A DNA stretch of 51,945 nucleotides from sequence record NZ_CP027240.1; one strand, 5' to 3'. The number at the start of each line of letters is the position of its first letter. The first letter of the stretch is position 1. Origin of the DNA: a plasmid. Below the pieces are notes generated by a model, which saw nothing but the letters and a program-made list of their open reading frames with translations, made no database searches and was not told the origin of the DNA. This document shows, piece after piece, positions 1 to 9,775 of the stretch. A program made the position numbers and the translations under genes.

Positions 1-153
1 CAGGCCGGCAGGGTCGACAATGTGAGGTGCGGTCACCGTGATGCTCCGTTCGAGAGTGCTGTGAAGGGTTCACTCGAAGATCACGCGGTGGCCGCTCCAC
101 GTCTACTACGACGAGGCCGGCAACCGCGTTACACCATCATCGGGGACTCAACT
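1..153 (-). mobile_element. IS256-family insertion sequence, copy A: right-end (transposase 5' end) fragment truncated by the window edge. Includes the first ~14 codons of the transposase (GTG start near 41-43) and terminal IR ...GGGGACTCAACT.
   Basis: Positions 1..153 are identical to 44593..44742, the 5' end and terminal IR of the full IS256 copy B. The sequence diverges from copy B immediately after CAACTC. Confidence 0.85.
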
Positions 154-483
154 CGCTCCTTCTCCTGAAGTAGGCGCCGGGGAGGGCTGTTCGGCGCTCG
201 ATGAAGCGTTCACGTCGGTCGTGGACGAGTCGCTGTCGTCCTCCAATAGCGCCCCGACGGTGATGATTCCCGCCAATGCGACACCGGCGCCGCCGAGTGC
301 GGCCCAAAACGTCCAGGGTGTCTTTGGCTTTGGCCGACGGAAGGTCATGGTGGTTCGCAGGCGACCCTCCTGTCGGGTGAGCAGCTCCCAGCCTTCTCGC
401 TGCTTGCGTGCGATCGTTTTCGACTCAGTGCCCCGAATCGCCTTGATCTCAGTGGTCTCGTACCGCGTTTTCTCGCTGGCCAT
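148..483 (-). CDS. Hypothetical membrane-anchored protein (one TM helix, Ser/Pro-rich tail). Probably the 5' part of a gene split by IS256; the 3' part lies at 43145..43321.
   Basis: ORF-track 111-aa ORF with a TM segment. Its stop codon is supplied by the IS256 terminal sequence. The reading frame continues without a stop across the predicted circular junction into 43321..43145. Confidence 0.5.
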   Translation of the reverse strand: MASEKTRYETTEIKAIRGTESKTIARKQREGWELLTRQEGRLRTTMTFRRPKPKTPWTFWAALGGAGVALAGIITVGALLEDDSDSSTTDVNASSSAEQPSPAPTSGEGAS

Positions 484-563
484 GTTTCTCCGTCAATCGA
501 TAGCGGTGTTGCAGGTGAACCCGTACCGAAGGACGGTAGATAAGGTGCGCGGTGCAGTTTGCA

Positions 564-1142
564 CTAACTGTCGGACAAGTAGCGGTACACCGACGTCCTG
601 TGCAGTCCGAAGAATCGGCCAAGTTCTGCCGAGGTGTAGCCACCGGTGGCGTGCATCTCCCGCAATCTGTCGGCGTCGGCGGCGGAGAGCTTGGGTCGCC
701 GGCCCTTGTACTTGCCCTCTGCTTTGGCGCGGGCGACGCCCTCGCGGGTGCGTTCGCGATTCATGGCGACCTCGAACTCGGCAGCCATCCCGAGAACTTG
801 GAACATCATTGCGCCGGCGGGGTCGGCGGGATCGTATGTCGCGCGTCCGACAGTCAGGGCCGCACCCTTGGCGCGAATCTCGTCGGCGATGTCGAGGAGG
901 TCACGGAGTGACCGTCCGAGGCGATCGAGCTTGGTCACCACGATCTCGTCGCCATCGCGCAGCTCGCTTAGCGCCCGCTCCAGTGCTGGACGCACGCGCC
1001 GACGACCGCTCACGCCTCGATCCAGATGGATCTTGTCCGGGGCGACGCCCAGGGTAATGAGAGCCTCCCGTTGGGTCTCGACGTTCTGCTCCACGGTCGA
1101 CACGCGCCCGTATCCGATCTTCACGCCCTCAGTGTCGCACAT
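564..1142 (-). CDS. Serine recombinase (resolvase/DNA invertase family)
   Basis: N-terminal GYGRVSTVEQ catalytic-Ser motif and a C-terminal HTH, ~190 aa. Res-like AT-rich site TGATAATCTCTCTTTATTTGTAC immediately upstream (1148..1175). Confidence 0.85.
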   Translation of the reverse strand: MCDTEGVKIGYGRVSTVEQNVETQREALITLGVAPDKIHLDRGVSGRRRVRPALERALSELRDGDEIVVTKLDRLGRSLRDLLDIADEIRAKGAALTVGRATYDPADPAGAMMFQVLGMAAEFEVAMNRERTREGVARAKAEGKYKGRRPKLSAADADRLREMHATGGYTSAELGRFFGLHRTSVYRYLSDS

Positions 1143-1318
1143 AGCCCTGATAATCTCTCTTTATTTGTACTACACTCCAACACAACGCCGGCATGAGTCC
1201 CCCCTATTCTTCGAGCTGCACAAACTTCCAACACGGGGAGAACGTGTCAGGTGTCGCGTTAGGCGATCGTCAAACGCGACAACAGCTGCGTGGGCCCTCC
1301 CGCCGAGGCCGGGCGGAC

Positions 1319-1349
1319 TTGACCTTCCAGTCAACTTGAAGGTTTACCT
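1319..1349 (+). promoter_or_regulatory. MerR-type promoter/operator: TTGACC -35, 19-bp spacer containing perfect dyad ACCTTC-N10-GAAGGT, then TTACCT
   Basis: Seen directly at 1319..1349, about 40 bp upstream of the permease start. A 19-bp spacer with internal dyad is the hallmark of MerR-family regulated promoters. A MerR-family gene follows the permease. Confidence 0.45.
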
Positions 1350-1390
1350 TTGGGGCTGCCCTGCAGCTGCTGTTTGATGGAGGCCCATCG

Positions 1391-2383
1391 ATGACCTGGA
1401 TCGAGCGCTTGCAAAGCGTGTTTGTCGCCGCGGCCGCTCTGGCCGGGTTGGGGGTCGGTCTTGCGACTCCGCTCGGTGCCAGCGGCGAGTACGTAGTAAT
1501 TCCGGCTCTGCTGGTGATGCTTATCGCTGTGTTCGTCCAGCTCGACGCCTCGAACTTGAAGGACGTGGGCAACGCCAAGGCGCTGGTCGCTGTCAGCTTG
1601 GTGTTGAACTACGTCTTCACGCCGCTTCTCGCTTGGGGCCTGGGTATTGGCTTGCTCGGTGAGCAGCCCGATCTTCGAATCGGGTTGTTGCTGTTGCTCG
1701 TCACCCCGTGTACCGATTGGTATCTCGTCTTCACCGCGATGGCGCGTGGCCATGCAGGAATCGCTACGGCGCTGCTTCCCGTCAATCTCGTGTTACAGCT
1801 GCTTTTGTTGCCGGTCTACGTGATGTTGCTCGGTGGTGAGGCTGCGATGGTCGACGCTGGCACCCTGCTGGAGGCAGTAGGGCTGATTCTCCTCACCCCA
1901 CTGGGAGTGGCGTTCATACTGCGCTGGGTCAGCGCGGGATTCAAGGGCCGGCGATGGCGGGAACAGCACCTGATGAGGTGGGCGAACCGGGTGGTCACGC
2001 CGCTGCTGTGCCTAGCGGTCTTCGCGATGTTCGCCTGGCAAGCACCCGTGGTCGCCGAGAACGGCACCGAAATGCTGCTGCTACTACCTCCGCTACTCCT
2101 GTTCTTCGTCATCCTCCCGCTGACCGCCACCGGGGCAGCTCGACTGCTGCACCTACCTGGTCCACAGCGGGTCACTCTGACAATGGTGACCACGGCCAGG
2201 AATTCGCCCATCGCTCTGGGTATCGCGGTGGCGGCTTTCCCTGATCGGCCGCTGATTGCTGTCGCTCTGGTGGTGGGACCGTTGATCGAGTTGCCGATCC
2301 TCGCAGTACTCAGTCAAATCATCCGCCACCGGGACAAGGGCGCCCTCGATGAACAGGCTGCCGTCTCCATCGCCGACCGGTAA
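1391..2383 (+). CDS. Polytopic membrane permease of the ACR3/BASS (bile acid:Na+ symporter/arsenite efflux) superfamily; putative metal(loid) efflux
   Basis: 330 aa, ~10 predicted TM helices, Pro/Cys-containing TM motif (LVTPCTDWYL). Genetic linkage to a MerR regulator and an ArsR-CDF pair. Confidence 0.45.
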   Translation: MTWIERLQSVFVAAAALAGLGVGLATPLGASGEYVVIPALLVMLIAVFVQLDASNLKDVGNAKALVAVSLVLNYVFTPLLAWGLGIGLLGEQPDLRIGLLLLLVTPCTDWYLVFTAMARGHAGIATALLPVNLVLQLLLLPVYVMLLGGEAAMVDAGTLLEAVGLILLTPLGVAFILRWVSAGFKGRRWREQHLMRWANRVVTPLLCLAVFAMFAWQAPVVAENGTEMLLLLPPLLLFFVILPLTATGAARLLHLPGPQRVTLTMVTTARNSPIALGIAVAAFPDRPLIAVALVVGPLIELPILAVLSQIIRHRDKGALDEQAAVSIADR

Positions 2384-2412
2384 CCTTGAAGACCCGCTAG
2401 GAGAACGAGCGC

Positions 2413-2814
2413 ATGCGTATTTCTGAAGTGGCCAGGCGCAGCGGAGTGCCGGCCACCACGCTGCGGTACTACGAAAAGCTCAGCCTGATCAGCTCGACCC
2501 GGGCCAGCAATGGCTACCGCCAGTACGGGCCAGAGGTTCTCGAGCGTCTGTCGTTCATCCACGGGGCGAAGCAGATGGACTTGGAACTCGACCAGATCAA
2601 ATGGCTGCTCCAGGTCACCGCAACGGGGACCTGCACCAATACTCGAGATGCCCTGCACCCACTGCTCACCGATCGGCTACGCGAGGTCGACGACACCATT
2701 CAAAGGCTGGAAGAGCTCCGGTCAGTGCTGGACCGGTCACTCGATCACGTTGCAACATGCCCCGACAGCACCAGGCCCTGCCGGTCCGAGTGCGCCTTCA
2801 GCGCTCTCGTATGA
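2413..2814 (+). CDS. MerR-family transcriptional regulator with a C-terminal Cys cluster (metal-sensing type)
   Basis: N-terminal MRISEVARRSGVPATTLRYYEKLSLI HTH typical of MerR. C-terminal cysteines C...C...C. Confidence 0.8.
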   Translation: MRISEVARRSGVPATTLRYYEKLSLISSTRASNGYRQYGPEVLERLSFIHGAKQMDLELDQIKWLLQVTATGTCTNTRDALHPLLTDRLREVDDTIQRLEELRSVLDRSLDHVATCPDSTRPCRSECAFSALV

Positions 2815-3030
2815 CCCCTGGTGGTCGACCCAAGCAGAGCTACGGGGGCTCCACGACACCGCCGGACTGCCAGAACCGGTCTGCGACGCATCGGCGCTGC
2901 ACAACTAATCTGCGCACGAGCCAGCATCGTTCCTGATCAGCTCGCCCTTCTCGGCCCTCATGCACCCCGGTGCGCTATGACTGATGCCACCACATCCCCA
3001 CTGATCGCCATACTGAGCTATCATCGTCAT

Positions 3031-3480
3031 ATGACGATTGATAGCGTATCGGGTGACCCGGTCGACGAGTCCCTCCAGTTGGAGGATCGCAGCGTGTATG
3101 CGGCGCTGTTTCATGCTTTGGCAGAGCCGACGCGGTTGGCGATTCTCGAGCACCTCGGTAGCGGCGAGCACCGGGTGCGGGATGTGGTTGACCACATGCA
3201 CCTGGCGCAGTCCACGGTGAGCAAGCATCTGGCCTGTCTTCGGGACTGCGGGCTGGTGACTGTGCGGATCGAAGGCAGGGCCTCCTGGTTCTCGCTGGCG
3301 GACCCAACTCGGTTGGAAGCCCTGATCGAGTCTGCAGCGGCGCTCCTGAGCGCATCGGGGACCACGCTTTCGCTGCGCGAGCACCGCGATCTCCATGATC
3401 GCGATGCGGCTCAGTGGACCGAGACTGTCATGCGAGTGCCCCAATTGTCGCAGCCATCCACCAGTCGAGGAAAGGTCTGA
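3031..3480 (+). CDS. ArsR/SmtB-family metalloregulator (CmtR/CzrA-like). Start uncertain; alternative ATG at 2977.
   Basis: LAEPTRLAILEHL ... STVSKHLACLRDCGLV winged-HTH with Cys residues. Its stop lies 8 bp before the CDF gene start. Confidence 0.75.
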   Translation: MTIDSVSGDPVDESLQLEDRSVYAALFHALAEPTRLAILEHLGSGEHRVRDVVDHMHLAQSTVSKHLACLRDCGLVTVRIEGRASWFSLADPTRLEALIESAAALLSASGTTLSLREHRDLHDRDAAQWTETVMRVPQLSQPSTSRGKV

Positions 3481-3487
3481 AACCACT

Positions 3488-4423
3488 ATGAGTGCTGGAC
3501 ACAGTCACGGACCGAGTTCGGAGGAAGCCGCGTCGGCACCGGACTTCCGTAGAAAGCTCGGCATTGCCTTCGCGCTGGTCTTCTCCATCGTCGTTGCTCA
3601 GGGTGTCGGCGCCTGGATCACCGGCAGCCTGGCGCTGCTCGTTGATGTCGTCCACTCATTGACTGATTCCATCGGGCTGCTCGTCGCGCTGGTCGCGGCG
3701 GTACTGATGGTTCGTCCCTCAAACAAGCGGCGAACCTGGGGTTTTCGCCGCATCGAGGTCTTGGCGGCCCTCGGCCAGGCACTGCTCCTGGCCGGCGTCA
3801 GCGTCTACGCCCTTGTCGAAGCAGTCCAGCGCTGGAGCAACCCTCCAGAAGTCGCGGGTGCAGAGTTGCTGATTTTCGGCGTCGTCGCGTTGGCTCTCAA
3901 TATCGCTGCCGCACTCGTGCTCGCGTCCAGCCGCGGCGCGAACTTCAACATGCGCGCCGCGTTCCTGGAAGTCCTCATGGACGCGCTGGGAACGCTGGCG
4001 GTCATCGTCTCAGCCGTGCTCATCATGACCACCGGGTTTCAGCGTGCCGACACCATCGCCGCTGTCGCTATAGCGCTCATGATCATTCCCCGGGCTTTCC
4101 TTCTGGTTCGAGAAACTACCCACGTCCTCATGGAGTTCACCCCGGCTGGCCTCGACCTCGACCGGGTCCGAGCGCACATCCTTGCGATCGACCACGTGCG
4201 GGAGGTCCACGACCTCCACGCCTCGACTGTCGCCACCGGTCTTCCCACACTGTCTGCCCATGTCGTTCTTGACGATGAGTGCTTCGAGGACGGTCATGCC
4301 CCGGAGATCCTCGATACCGTGCGGCACTGTGTGGCCGAGCATTTCCACATCGAGCACACCACCTTCCAGCTTGAGACCCAGCACCACCGAGATCACGAAC
4401 CCCCGGTCGCGCGGCACCCCTGA
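3488..4423 (+). CDS. Cation diffusion facilitator (CDF) family divalent-cation efflux protein (CzcD/ZitB-like)
   Basis: His-rich N-terminus (MSAGHSHG), six TM helices, HSLTDS and EVLMDALG motifs, C-terminal cytoplasmic His-rich domain. Confidence 0.85.
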   Translation: MSAGHSHGPSSEEAASAPDFRRKLGIAFALVFSIVVAQGVGAWITGSLALLVDVVHSLTDSIGLLVALVAAVLMVRPSNKRRTWGFRRIEVLAALGQALLLAGVSVYALVEAVQRWSNPPEVAGAELLIFGVVALALNIAAALVLASSRGANFNMRAAFLEVLMDALGTLAVIVSAVLIMTTGFQRADTIAAVAIALMIIPRAFLLVRETTHVLMEFTPAGLDLDRVRAHILAIDHVREVHDLHASTVATGLPTLSAHVVLDDECFEDGHAPEILDTVRHCVAEHFHIEHTTFQLETQHHRDHEPPVARHP

Positions 4424-4619
4424 AGTACGGGAGATAGGGAACCGAACACGGGTATATGCGCCGACGTCTTGAAGATGCATGATCTAACTCAGTGGAGCCC
4501 GCCCGGCCGGCTTCGCCTTGGTGGATGAAGACCTGGTCGGCGCTTGCCCGAGTTCGGTGATCACCGAGCCGGTCAGTATGGTCAGCCACGGTGGGGGTCC
4601 TCGAAGGGAAGATGTTGGC

Positions 4620-5279
4620 ATGGCGAGACTGTCCATAAGGCCTAGAGCAGTGCGCGGTCGCCGAAACCGCACTTCCTGCAAGTCCATCGGAACAGTAGCC
4701 GCAGCCATAGTCGGCATGCTGACGCTGACAAGCTGCGCGACCGGAGCTGACGCTGTCGCTACCGGCGAGACGTTCGACTTCGTCAGCCCGAATGGCCAGT
4801 TGGAGATTTTCTACGACCCTCCGGAGGAGCGTAGGAAGATCGCGCCGATGTCTGGGCCGAACCTGCTCGACCCCGAGATGACCGTGGCCGTCGGTGATTA
4901 TCCCGGCGATGTGGTGCTGATCAACCTGTGGGGCCAATGGTGTGGGCCGTGCCGAGCGGAGATCGACGATCTACAACGCTTGCAGGACAAGTACGAATCC
5001 CGAGGGTTCACCAATGTCGGCGTCAATTTGCGTGACCCGAATCGCGACAAACCCGTTGACTTCGTCAAGGACAACGGGGTCACCTATCCCTCGATCTGGG
5101 ACCCGTCCCAGGCTGCGGTCGCGGCACTGGACGGTTTTCCCACGTCGGTGGTGCCGGCGACACTGATCCTCGATAAGCAACATCGGGTGGCTGCGGTGTT
5201 TCTAGCGGAGATCACTGATTATCAGTTGGAGCCGCTCATCGAGAGGCTGCTCGCGGAGCCGGTCGGGAGCGACGCTTGA
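4620..5279 (+). CDS. TlpA/ResA-like thiol-disulfide oxidoreductase lipoprotein (thioredoxin fold, WCGPC)
   Basis: [11 protein letters not shown] active site. Signal peptide/lipobox LTSC. Start chosen at an internal ATG of the longer track ORF. Confidence 0.8.
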   Translation: MARLSIRPRAVRGRRNRTSCKSIGTVAAAIVGMLTLTSCATGADAVATGETFDFVSPNGQLEIFYDPPEERRKIAPMSGPNLLDPEMTVAVGDYPGDVVLINLWGQWCGPCRAEIDDLQRLQDKYESRGFTNVGVNLRDPNRDKPVDFVKDNGVTYPSIWDPSQAAVAALDGFPTSVVPATLILDKQHRVAAVFLAEITDYQLEPLIERLLAEPVGSDA

Positions 5280-6145
5280 TGAGCACGGTGTTGCTCGCGC
5301 AGTCCATTGGTGAGGCCTTTCAGCAGACAGCGGCTTCCGGCCCACTTCTGCTCGCGCTAGGTGCGTGCATGCTCGCGGGGCTCGTGTCGTTCGCCTCGCC
5401 GTGCGTGGTTCCGCTCGTGCCCGGCTACCTGGCCTATCTCGCAAGCATTGTCGGTGCGGAGCGCCCGGCAGTCACAGTGCAGGCGGCAGAACAACGTCGC
5501 GCCGCATCGGGCACGCTCACGCTTGAGGAGAAGCGCTACCGATCGTCATCGCGCAAACGCGTGGTTCTGGCGGCTCTGCTGTTCGTGGCAGGGTTCACGG
5601 TGGTGTTCGTCCTGCTGTCGGCGATGGTGTTGGGGGCCGTGCAGTATCTCGCCCCCCAGCAGGAGCTACTGCAGCGGCTCGGCGGAGTAGTCACAATCCT
5701 CATGGGGCTGGTGTTCATCGGGGTCGTTCCCGTACTTCAGAGGGACACCCGCATGCAGCCCAAAGCTCTGTCGACCTGGGCGGGCGCACCGTTGCTCGGG
5801 GCCGTCTTCGCTCTGGGGTGGACCCCCTGTCTTGGTCCGACGCTGGCGGCGGCCTTGTCAGTGGCCGCTGGGACTGGAATCGACGCGGCTCGCGGAGTGC
5901 TCCTTATTGTGGCGTACTGCTTGGGGCTTGGACTGCCTTTCGTGGTAGTGGCGTTTGGGTCTACGAGGGCCATCCGCACCGTCGGATGGCTGCAACGACA
6001 CACCCGGAAAATTCAGATCGCCGGCGGCGTCATGCTCATCATCGTCGGTTTGCTGCTGCTTAGTGGTCTTTGGACTCAGTTCGTGTACTGGCTTCGCGAC
6101 TTCGCCATCTCCGACACCACGCGGGGGTGGTGCACGGTTAGGTGA
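5276..6145 (+). CDS. ccdA: CcdA/DsbD-core family cytochrome c-type biogenesis thiol-disulfide transporter. The 3' end is replaced by IS3 sequence (native stop 6 codons downstream of the insertion point).
   Basis: Two conserved TM cysteines ([17 protein letters not shown] and [12 protein letters not shown]). The ORF runs into the IS3 terminal repeat at 6123. The native frame resumes after the IS at 7391 and gives ...DTTLPI*. Confidence 0.8.
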   Translation: MMSTVLLAQSIGEAFQQTAASGPLLLALGACMLAGLVSFASPCVVPLVPGYLAYLASIVGAERPAVTVQAAEQRRAASGTLTLEEKRYRSSSRKRVVLAALLFVAGFTVVFVLLSAMVLGAVQYLAPQQELLQRLGGVVTILMGLVFIGVVPVLQRDTRMQPKALSTWAGAPLLGAVFALGWTPCLGPTLAAALSVAAGTGIDAARGVLLIVAYCLGLGLPFVVVAFGSTRAIRTVGWLQRHTRKIQIAGGVMLIIVGLLLLSGLWTQFVYWLRDFAISDTTRGWCTVR

Positions 6146-6154
6146 CAGGGTTAG

Positions 6155-7015
6155 TCACGCGGCCTGAGGGGCCTCATGGTTGATGATGGTCTCGTATTCG
6201 ATCGGGGTCAATCTGCCGAGGCGGTCCTGCCGTCTGCGGCGGTGGTAGGTGCGTTCGATCCAGTGCACGATGGCAGCCCGGAGCTCGTCTCTGGTGGCCC
6301 AGGATCGGCGGTCAAGGACGTTGTTCTGCAGCAGCGAAAAGAAGCTCTCCATGGCCGCGTTGTCACCGCACGCGCCGACTCTGCCCATCGACCCGAGCAT
6401 GCCGTGTCGCCGGATGGCCTTCTGCATCTTCTTCGAGCGAAATTGAGATCCTCTATCGCTGTGCAGGATGCAACCGGTCACCTCGCCCCGCCTGGCGACA
6501 GCGCTGTTCAGAGCGTTGACCGCCAGGCGGGACTTCATTCGCGCATCGATCGAATACCCGACGATCCGTCCCGAGTAGACGTCCTTGATCGCACACAGGT
6601 AGAGCTTGCCCTGGCCGGTGCGGTGCTCGGTGATGTCGGTCAGCCACAGCTCGTTCGGACCGTAGGCGGTGAAGTCCCGCTCGACCAAATCGTCGTGTAC
6701 GGGCTCGCCGGCCTTGCGGTGCTTGCCGCGGCCCTTTCGGCTGATGGCGCTGGTCCAGCCACCGGACGAGCAGATCCGCCAAGCGGTTCGCCGGCACATC
6801 TTCTCGCCCGCGGCCTCGGCCTCGTCGGCCAGGTAGCGGTACCCGAACTCCGGGTCTTCGCGGTGGGCATCGAACAGGGCGTTGGCCCGGTACGCCTCGG
6901 CCAGTTCGGCGTCGGTCACGGGCTTTTTGAGCCACCGGTAGTAGGGCTGACGAGCAATTCCGAGTACCCGGCACGTCACCGTGACAGCGATGCCGTCAGC
7001 GGCGAGCTCGTTCAC
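6155..7015 (-). CDS. IS3-family transposase OrfB (DDE integrase core)
   Basis: 286 aa with rve-type DDE motifs (LWLTDITE..., HSDRGSQF...). Overlaps the OrfA stop by GTGA. Confidence 0.9.
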   Translation of the reverse strand: MNELAADGIAVTVTCRVLGIARQPYYRWLKKPVTDAELAEAYRANALFDAHREDPEFGYRYLADEAEAAGEKMCRRTAWRICSSGGWTSAISRKGRGKHRKAGEPVHDDLVERDFTAYGPNELWLTDITEHRTGQGKLYLCAIKDVYSGRIVGYSIDARMKSRLAVNALNSAVARRGEVTGCILHSDRGSQFRSKKMQKAIRRHGMLGSMGRVGACGDNAAMESFFSLLQNNVLDRRSWATRDELRAAIVHWIERTYHRRRRQDRLGRLTPIEYETIINHEAPQAA

Positions 7016-7371
7016 GAGCGGGTACCACCTTTTCCCGGCAGATTCGCCTGGGACAGGTAGGCAGCAGCGCGGCGCAGGACCTCGTTCTCCTGCTCCAGCA
7101 GACGTACTCGGCGCTTGGCCTCGCGCAGCTCACGCGACTCGGCCGACGTGGTGCCGGGTTTGATCCCGGCCTCCACGTCGGCCTTGCGCATCCACTTCTG
7201 CAACGTCACTGGATGGACACCGAAGTCCCGGGCGATCTGGTCCAGGGAGACACCGTCCTCGCGGGACTGAGCCACCCGGACGACGTCGTCGCGGAACTCC
7301 TGGGGGTAGGGCTTGGGCACAGCAACATCCTTCCAGGCCCGCCCCGCAGGGCAAGCCAGATCAGATGTCAC
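7012..7371 (-). CDS. IS3-family transposase OrfA (HTH). Slippery heptamer GGGAAAA 18 nt before its stop allows -1 frameshift into OrfB.
   Basis: 119 aa with HTH and leucine-zipper-like region. The OrfB frame is open upstream of its GTG through the heptamer. Confidence 0.85.
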   Translation of the reverse strand: MTSDLACPAGRAWKDVAVPKPYPQEFRDDVVRVAQSREDGVSLDQIARDFGVHPVTLQKWMRKADVEAGIKPGTTSAESRELREAKRRVRLLEQENEVLRRAAAYLSQANLPGKGGTRS

Positions 7372-7681
7372 CTACTCATGCATCAGCCCCCGCTGCCGAT
7401 CTGAGTTAGGAGTGTGCGCACGCAGATTGTCGTCCGGTCGCTGGCAGCCATCATCATCAATGGTCTGTGGGCTGCTCGTATCGGAGCTACCGCTCCCCGA
7501 ACCGTCGCTGGCACACTGGCTCCGTCATTGCCGCCCACCATTGCTGTCCGTACCTGACCGTGCCTCTGCGTTACCAGAAGTCGGTCGCGAGCCGTCGGCA
7601 CGCCTCCGGGAATGCTCAGAATTCCGTGCGAGACGGTGTCCGGTCGTCTGGTTGCACAGCCTCTAAAAGTAGGGAAGTCAC

Positions 7682-8323
7682 TTGAGTAAGAACCTGGCAT
7701 TGTCCTTGGCCCTGATCGGTGTTGTCGGGCTCATCCTGGCCGGCATGCTGGTCTGGAACAGTCAAGACGAGTCATCCCCTGAGGCGGTCGGGGACGAGCC
7801 GACCGCGCAATTGGTGCGTGAGGACAGCCCCCGATTGTCCGAGGGTGAGGAAGCAGTATTCGTCGAGTACCTCGATTTCGAATGTGAAGGGTGTTTGGCT
7901 CTGTACCCGGTGATCGAGGACCTACGGGACAAGTACGGGGATCGGGTTGAATTCGTGGTGCGTCACATGCCGTTGCACGATAACTCGGTCAATGCAGCAC
8001 TGGCGGCGGAAGCTGCGGCCGAACAGGGTGAGTTCGAGGCCATGTATCAGCGACTGTTCGACTCCGTTGACCAGTGGGGCCACCAATCCACTTCCCAGGC
8101 GGAAACTTTCGTCGGTTACGCCGATGAACTGGGACTAGATGTCGACCGTTTCCGTGCCGATGTCAACGATCCGGCCACGTTGGCCAGCATCGAACAGAGC
8201 AGACAAGACGCTCAAGCCTTCGGAGTTACCGGCACGCCGACGCTGTTTCTGGACGGCCAACGCCTCGAGCCGACAAGCGTTGCCGATCTGGAAGCCAGCA
8301 TCGAGGCAGCCCTGAATGACTGA
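7682..8323 (+). CDS. dsbA: DsbA-family thiol:disulfide oxidoreductase (secreted/membrane-anchored, CEGC active site)
   Basis: N-terminal TM/signal segment. FECEGCLALYP CxxC in a thioredoxin fold. C-terminal GTPT cis-Pro loop. Confidence 0.85.
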   Translation: MSKNLALSLALIGVVGLILAGMLVWNSQDESSPEAVGDEPTAQLVREDSPRLSEGEEAVFVEYLDFECEGCLALYPVIEDLRDKYGDRVEFVVRHMPLHDNSVNAALAAEAAAEQGEFEAMYQRLFDSVDQWGHQSTSQAETFVGYADELGLDVDRFRADVNDPATLASIEQSRQDAQAFGVTGTPTLFLDGQRLEPTSVADLEASIEAALND

Positions 8324-8948
8324 AACCGCGGCAGGGTCCGAGGCTGACTTCGCACACGTCCAGGTGGGCGCCCGTCGGCTCGGTGCACTGCTGATCGGTG
8401 CAGGGCTCATCGGGCTCGCCGCAGCCATCGTGCTGCTGGTAGAGAAACTCGAACTACTGGTCAACCCTGACTACATACCCACCTGCGACGTCAGCCCGAT
8501 TCTCTCGTGTGGCTCAGTCATGACCACACCCCAGGCTGAGGCCTTCGGCATCCCGAACCCGATTATCGGAATCGCAGGGTTCGCCGCGGTCGCTGTCGTC
8601 GGTGGGGCAGTCCTGGCCGGCAGTGGATTTCGCCGCTGGTTTTGGGTTGGCGCCCAAGTCGGTGTCACCTTCGCGGTGGTGTTCGTCCACTGGCTGATCT
8701 ATCAAAGTCTCTACGTAATCGGCGCTTTGTGTCCGTACTGCATGGTCGTGTGGGCGGTGACAATCCCGATATTCTGGTACACCACCGTGTACAACCTCCA
8801 GCACTTCCAGGGGTCCACGCCGCGATGGGCGCGACAGAGCATTGAGATCGCCACGGGTTACCACGGCGTACTTCTCACCGCCTGGGTTCTCCTCGTCATC
8901 ACACTGATCGCGGCCCGTTTCTGGGACTACTGGATCAGCTTGATGTAA
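8316..8948 (+). CDS. Vitamin K epoxide reductase (VKOR) family protein, the DsbB-analog partner of DsbA in actinobacteria
   Basis: Loop Cys pair (PTCDVSPILSCGSV) plus TM CPYC active site, five TM helices. Gene overlaps the dsbA stop. Confidence 0.85.
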   Translation: MTETAAGSEADFAHVQVGARRLGALLIGAGLIGLAAAIVLLVEKLELLVNPDYIPTCDVSPILSCGSVMTTPQAEAFGIPNPIIGIAGFAAVAVVGGAVLAGSGFRRWFWVGAQVGVTFAVVFVHWLIYQSLYVIGALCPYCMVVWAVTIPIFWYTTVYNLQHFQGSTPRWARQSIEIATGYHGVLLTAWVLLVITLIAARFWDYWISLM

Positions 8949-9208
8949 CCGTCAGCACCAACTCCTTGGGCCACTTGAGTGATCCAAGCACCGCGAACAC
9001 GCCGCTCATCATCGCTCGCGGGGCCGCGCCCGCACACCCGACCGCGCCCAGTTACAGGTGACAGCGCGGAGCATAATACACTGGCACTAACGTTCCGCGG
9101 TTCGAATCGCTTCACCATGGTCCTTCATGTGAGTGCGAGGTGCCTGCCCAACGCCGAAGGTGGCCCCAACCTTCCGTGCTGCGGAGGGGGAGAGTTCGAG
9201 TGAACACA

Positions 9209-9769
9209 ATGCGCAAATCGGTATTCACTGCGGCGATCACCGCCGGTACTCTGCTGCTATCCGGCTGCACTGCAGACTCCCAGGGCGACGCTACGGCTAC
9301 ATCATCGGCGCCGGCTGAGGTTGCCCCGCTGGTGGCAGAAGATGTCTGGGTCAAAGCAGCTGACCCGAATGGCGCCGAAACTGAGCATTCCGGTGGCGAG
9401 ATGAATCGCCAGGCCGAGGTGATGACGCCGGTGTTCGGAACCCTGCGAAATCAGTCCGACTCCGACCTTCGGCTGATCGGTGCTTCTTCCGACGTTTCCG
9501 AGCAGGCCGAGCTGCACGAGACTGTGCCCGGCCCGACCGGCGCGGCGACGATGCAGAAGCGAGAGGAAGGGTTTGCGATCCCTCCGGGCGGCGAACTCAT
9601 TTTGGCGCCGGGGGGCAATCACGTCATGCTCATCGGGCTGCGTGGCCCGATCACCACAGGCCAACAGGTGACGATCACTCTCGAACTCGACGATGGCAAC
9701 AGCACTGAGATGGTCGTCTCAGGGAGATCCTTCGAGGGGGGCAACGAAAAATATCAGGGCGGGGAGTGA
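9209..9769 (+). CDS. PCu(A)C-family copper chaperone lipoprotein (DUF461)
   Basis: Lipobox LLSGC. His/Met copper-binding pattern (HSGGEM..., GGNHVMLIGL). Stop overlaps the efeB start. Confidence 0.65.
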   Translation: MRKSVFTAAITAGTLLLSGCTADSQGDATATSSAPAEVAPLVAEDVWVKAADPNGAETEHSGGEMNRQAEVMTPVFGTLRNQSDSDLRLIGASSDVSEQAELHETVPGPTGAATMQKREEGFAIPPGGELILAPGGNHVMLIGLRGPITTGQQVTITLELDDGNSTEMVVSGRSFEGGNEKYQGGE

Positions 9770-9775
9770 ACGACG

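Larger units (their letters stand above)
6123..7390 (-). mobile_element. IS3-family insertion sequence, copy 1 (1268 bp). Imperfect terminal IRs GGGGCTGATGCATGAGTAGGTGACA / GGGGGTGGTGCACGGTTAGGTGACA. 3-bp TSD CGC.
   Basis: Identical element re-occurs at 48438..51168. Ends defined by comparison of the two copies. Flanking CGC at 6120-6122 and 7391-7393. Confidence 0.9.

Noticed and set aside
9060-9130. GGTTCGAATC T-loop-like motif suggesting a tRNA or tRNA fragment (possible att site)
   Set aside because: No complementary T-stem, acceptor stem or anticodon arm can be folded around it. It is most likely a chance match in the PCuAC upstream region.
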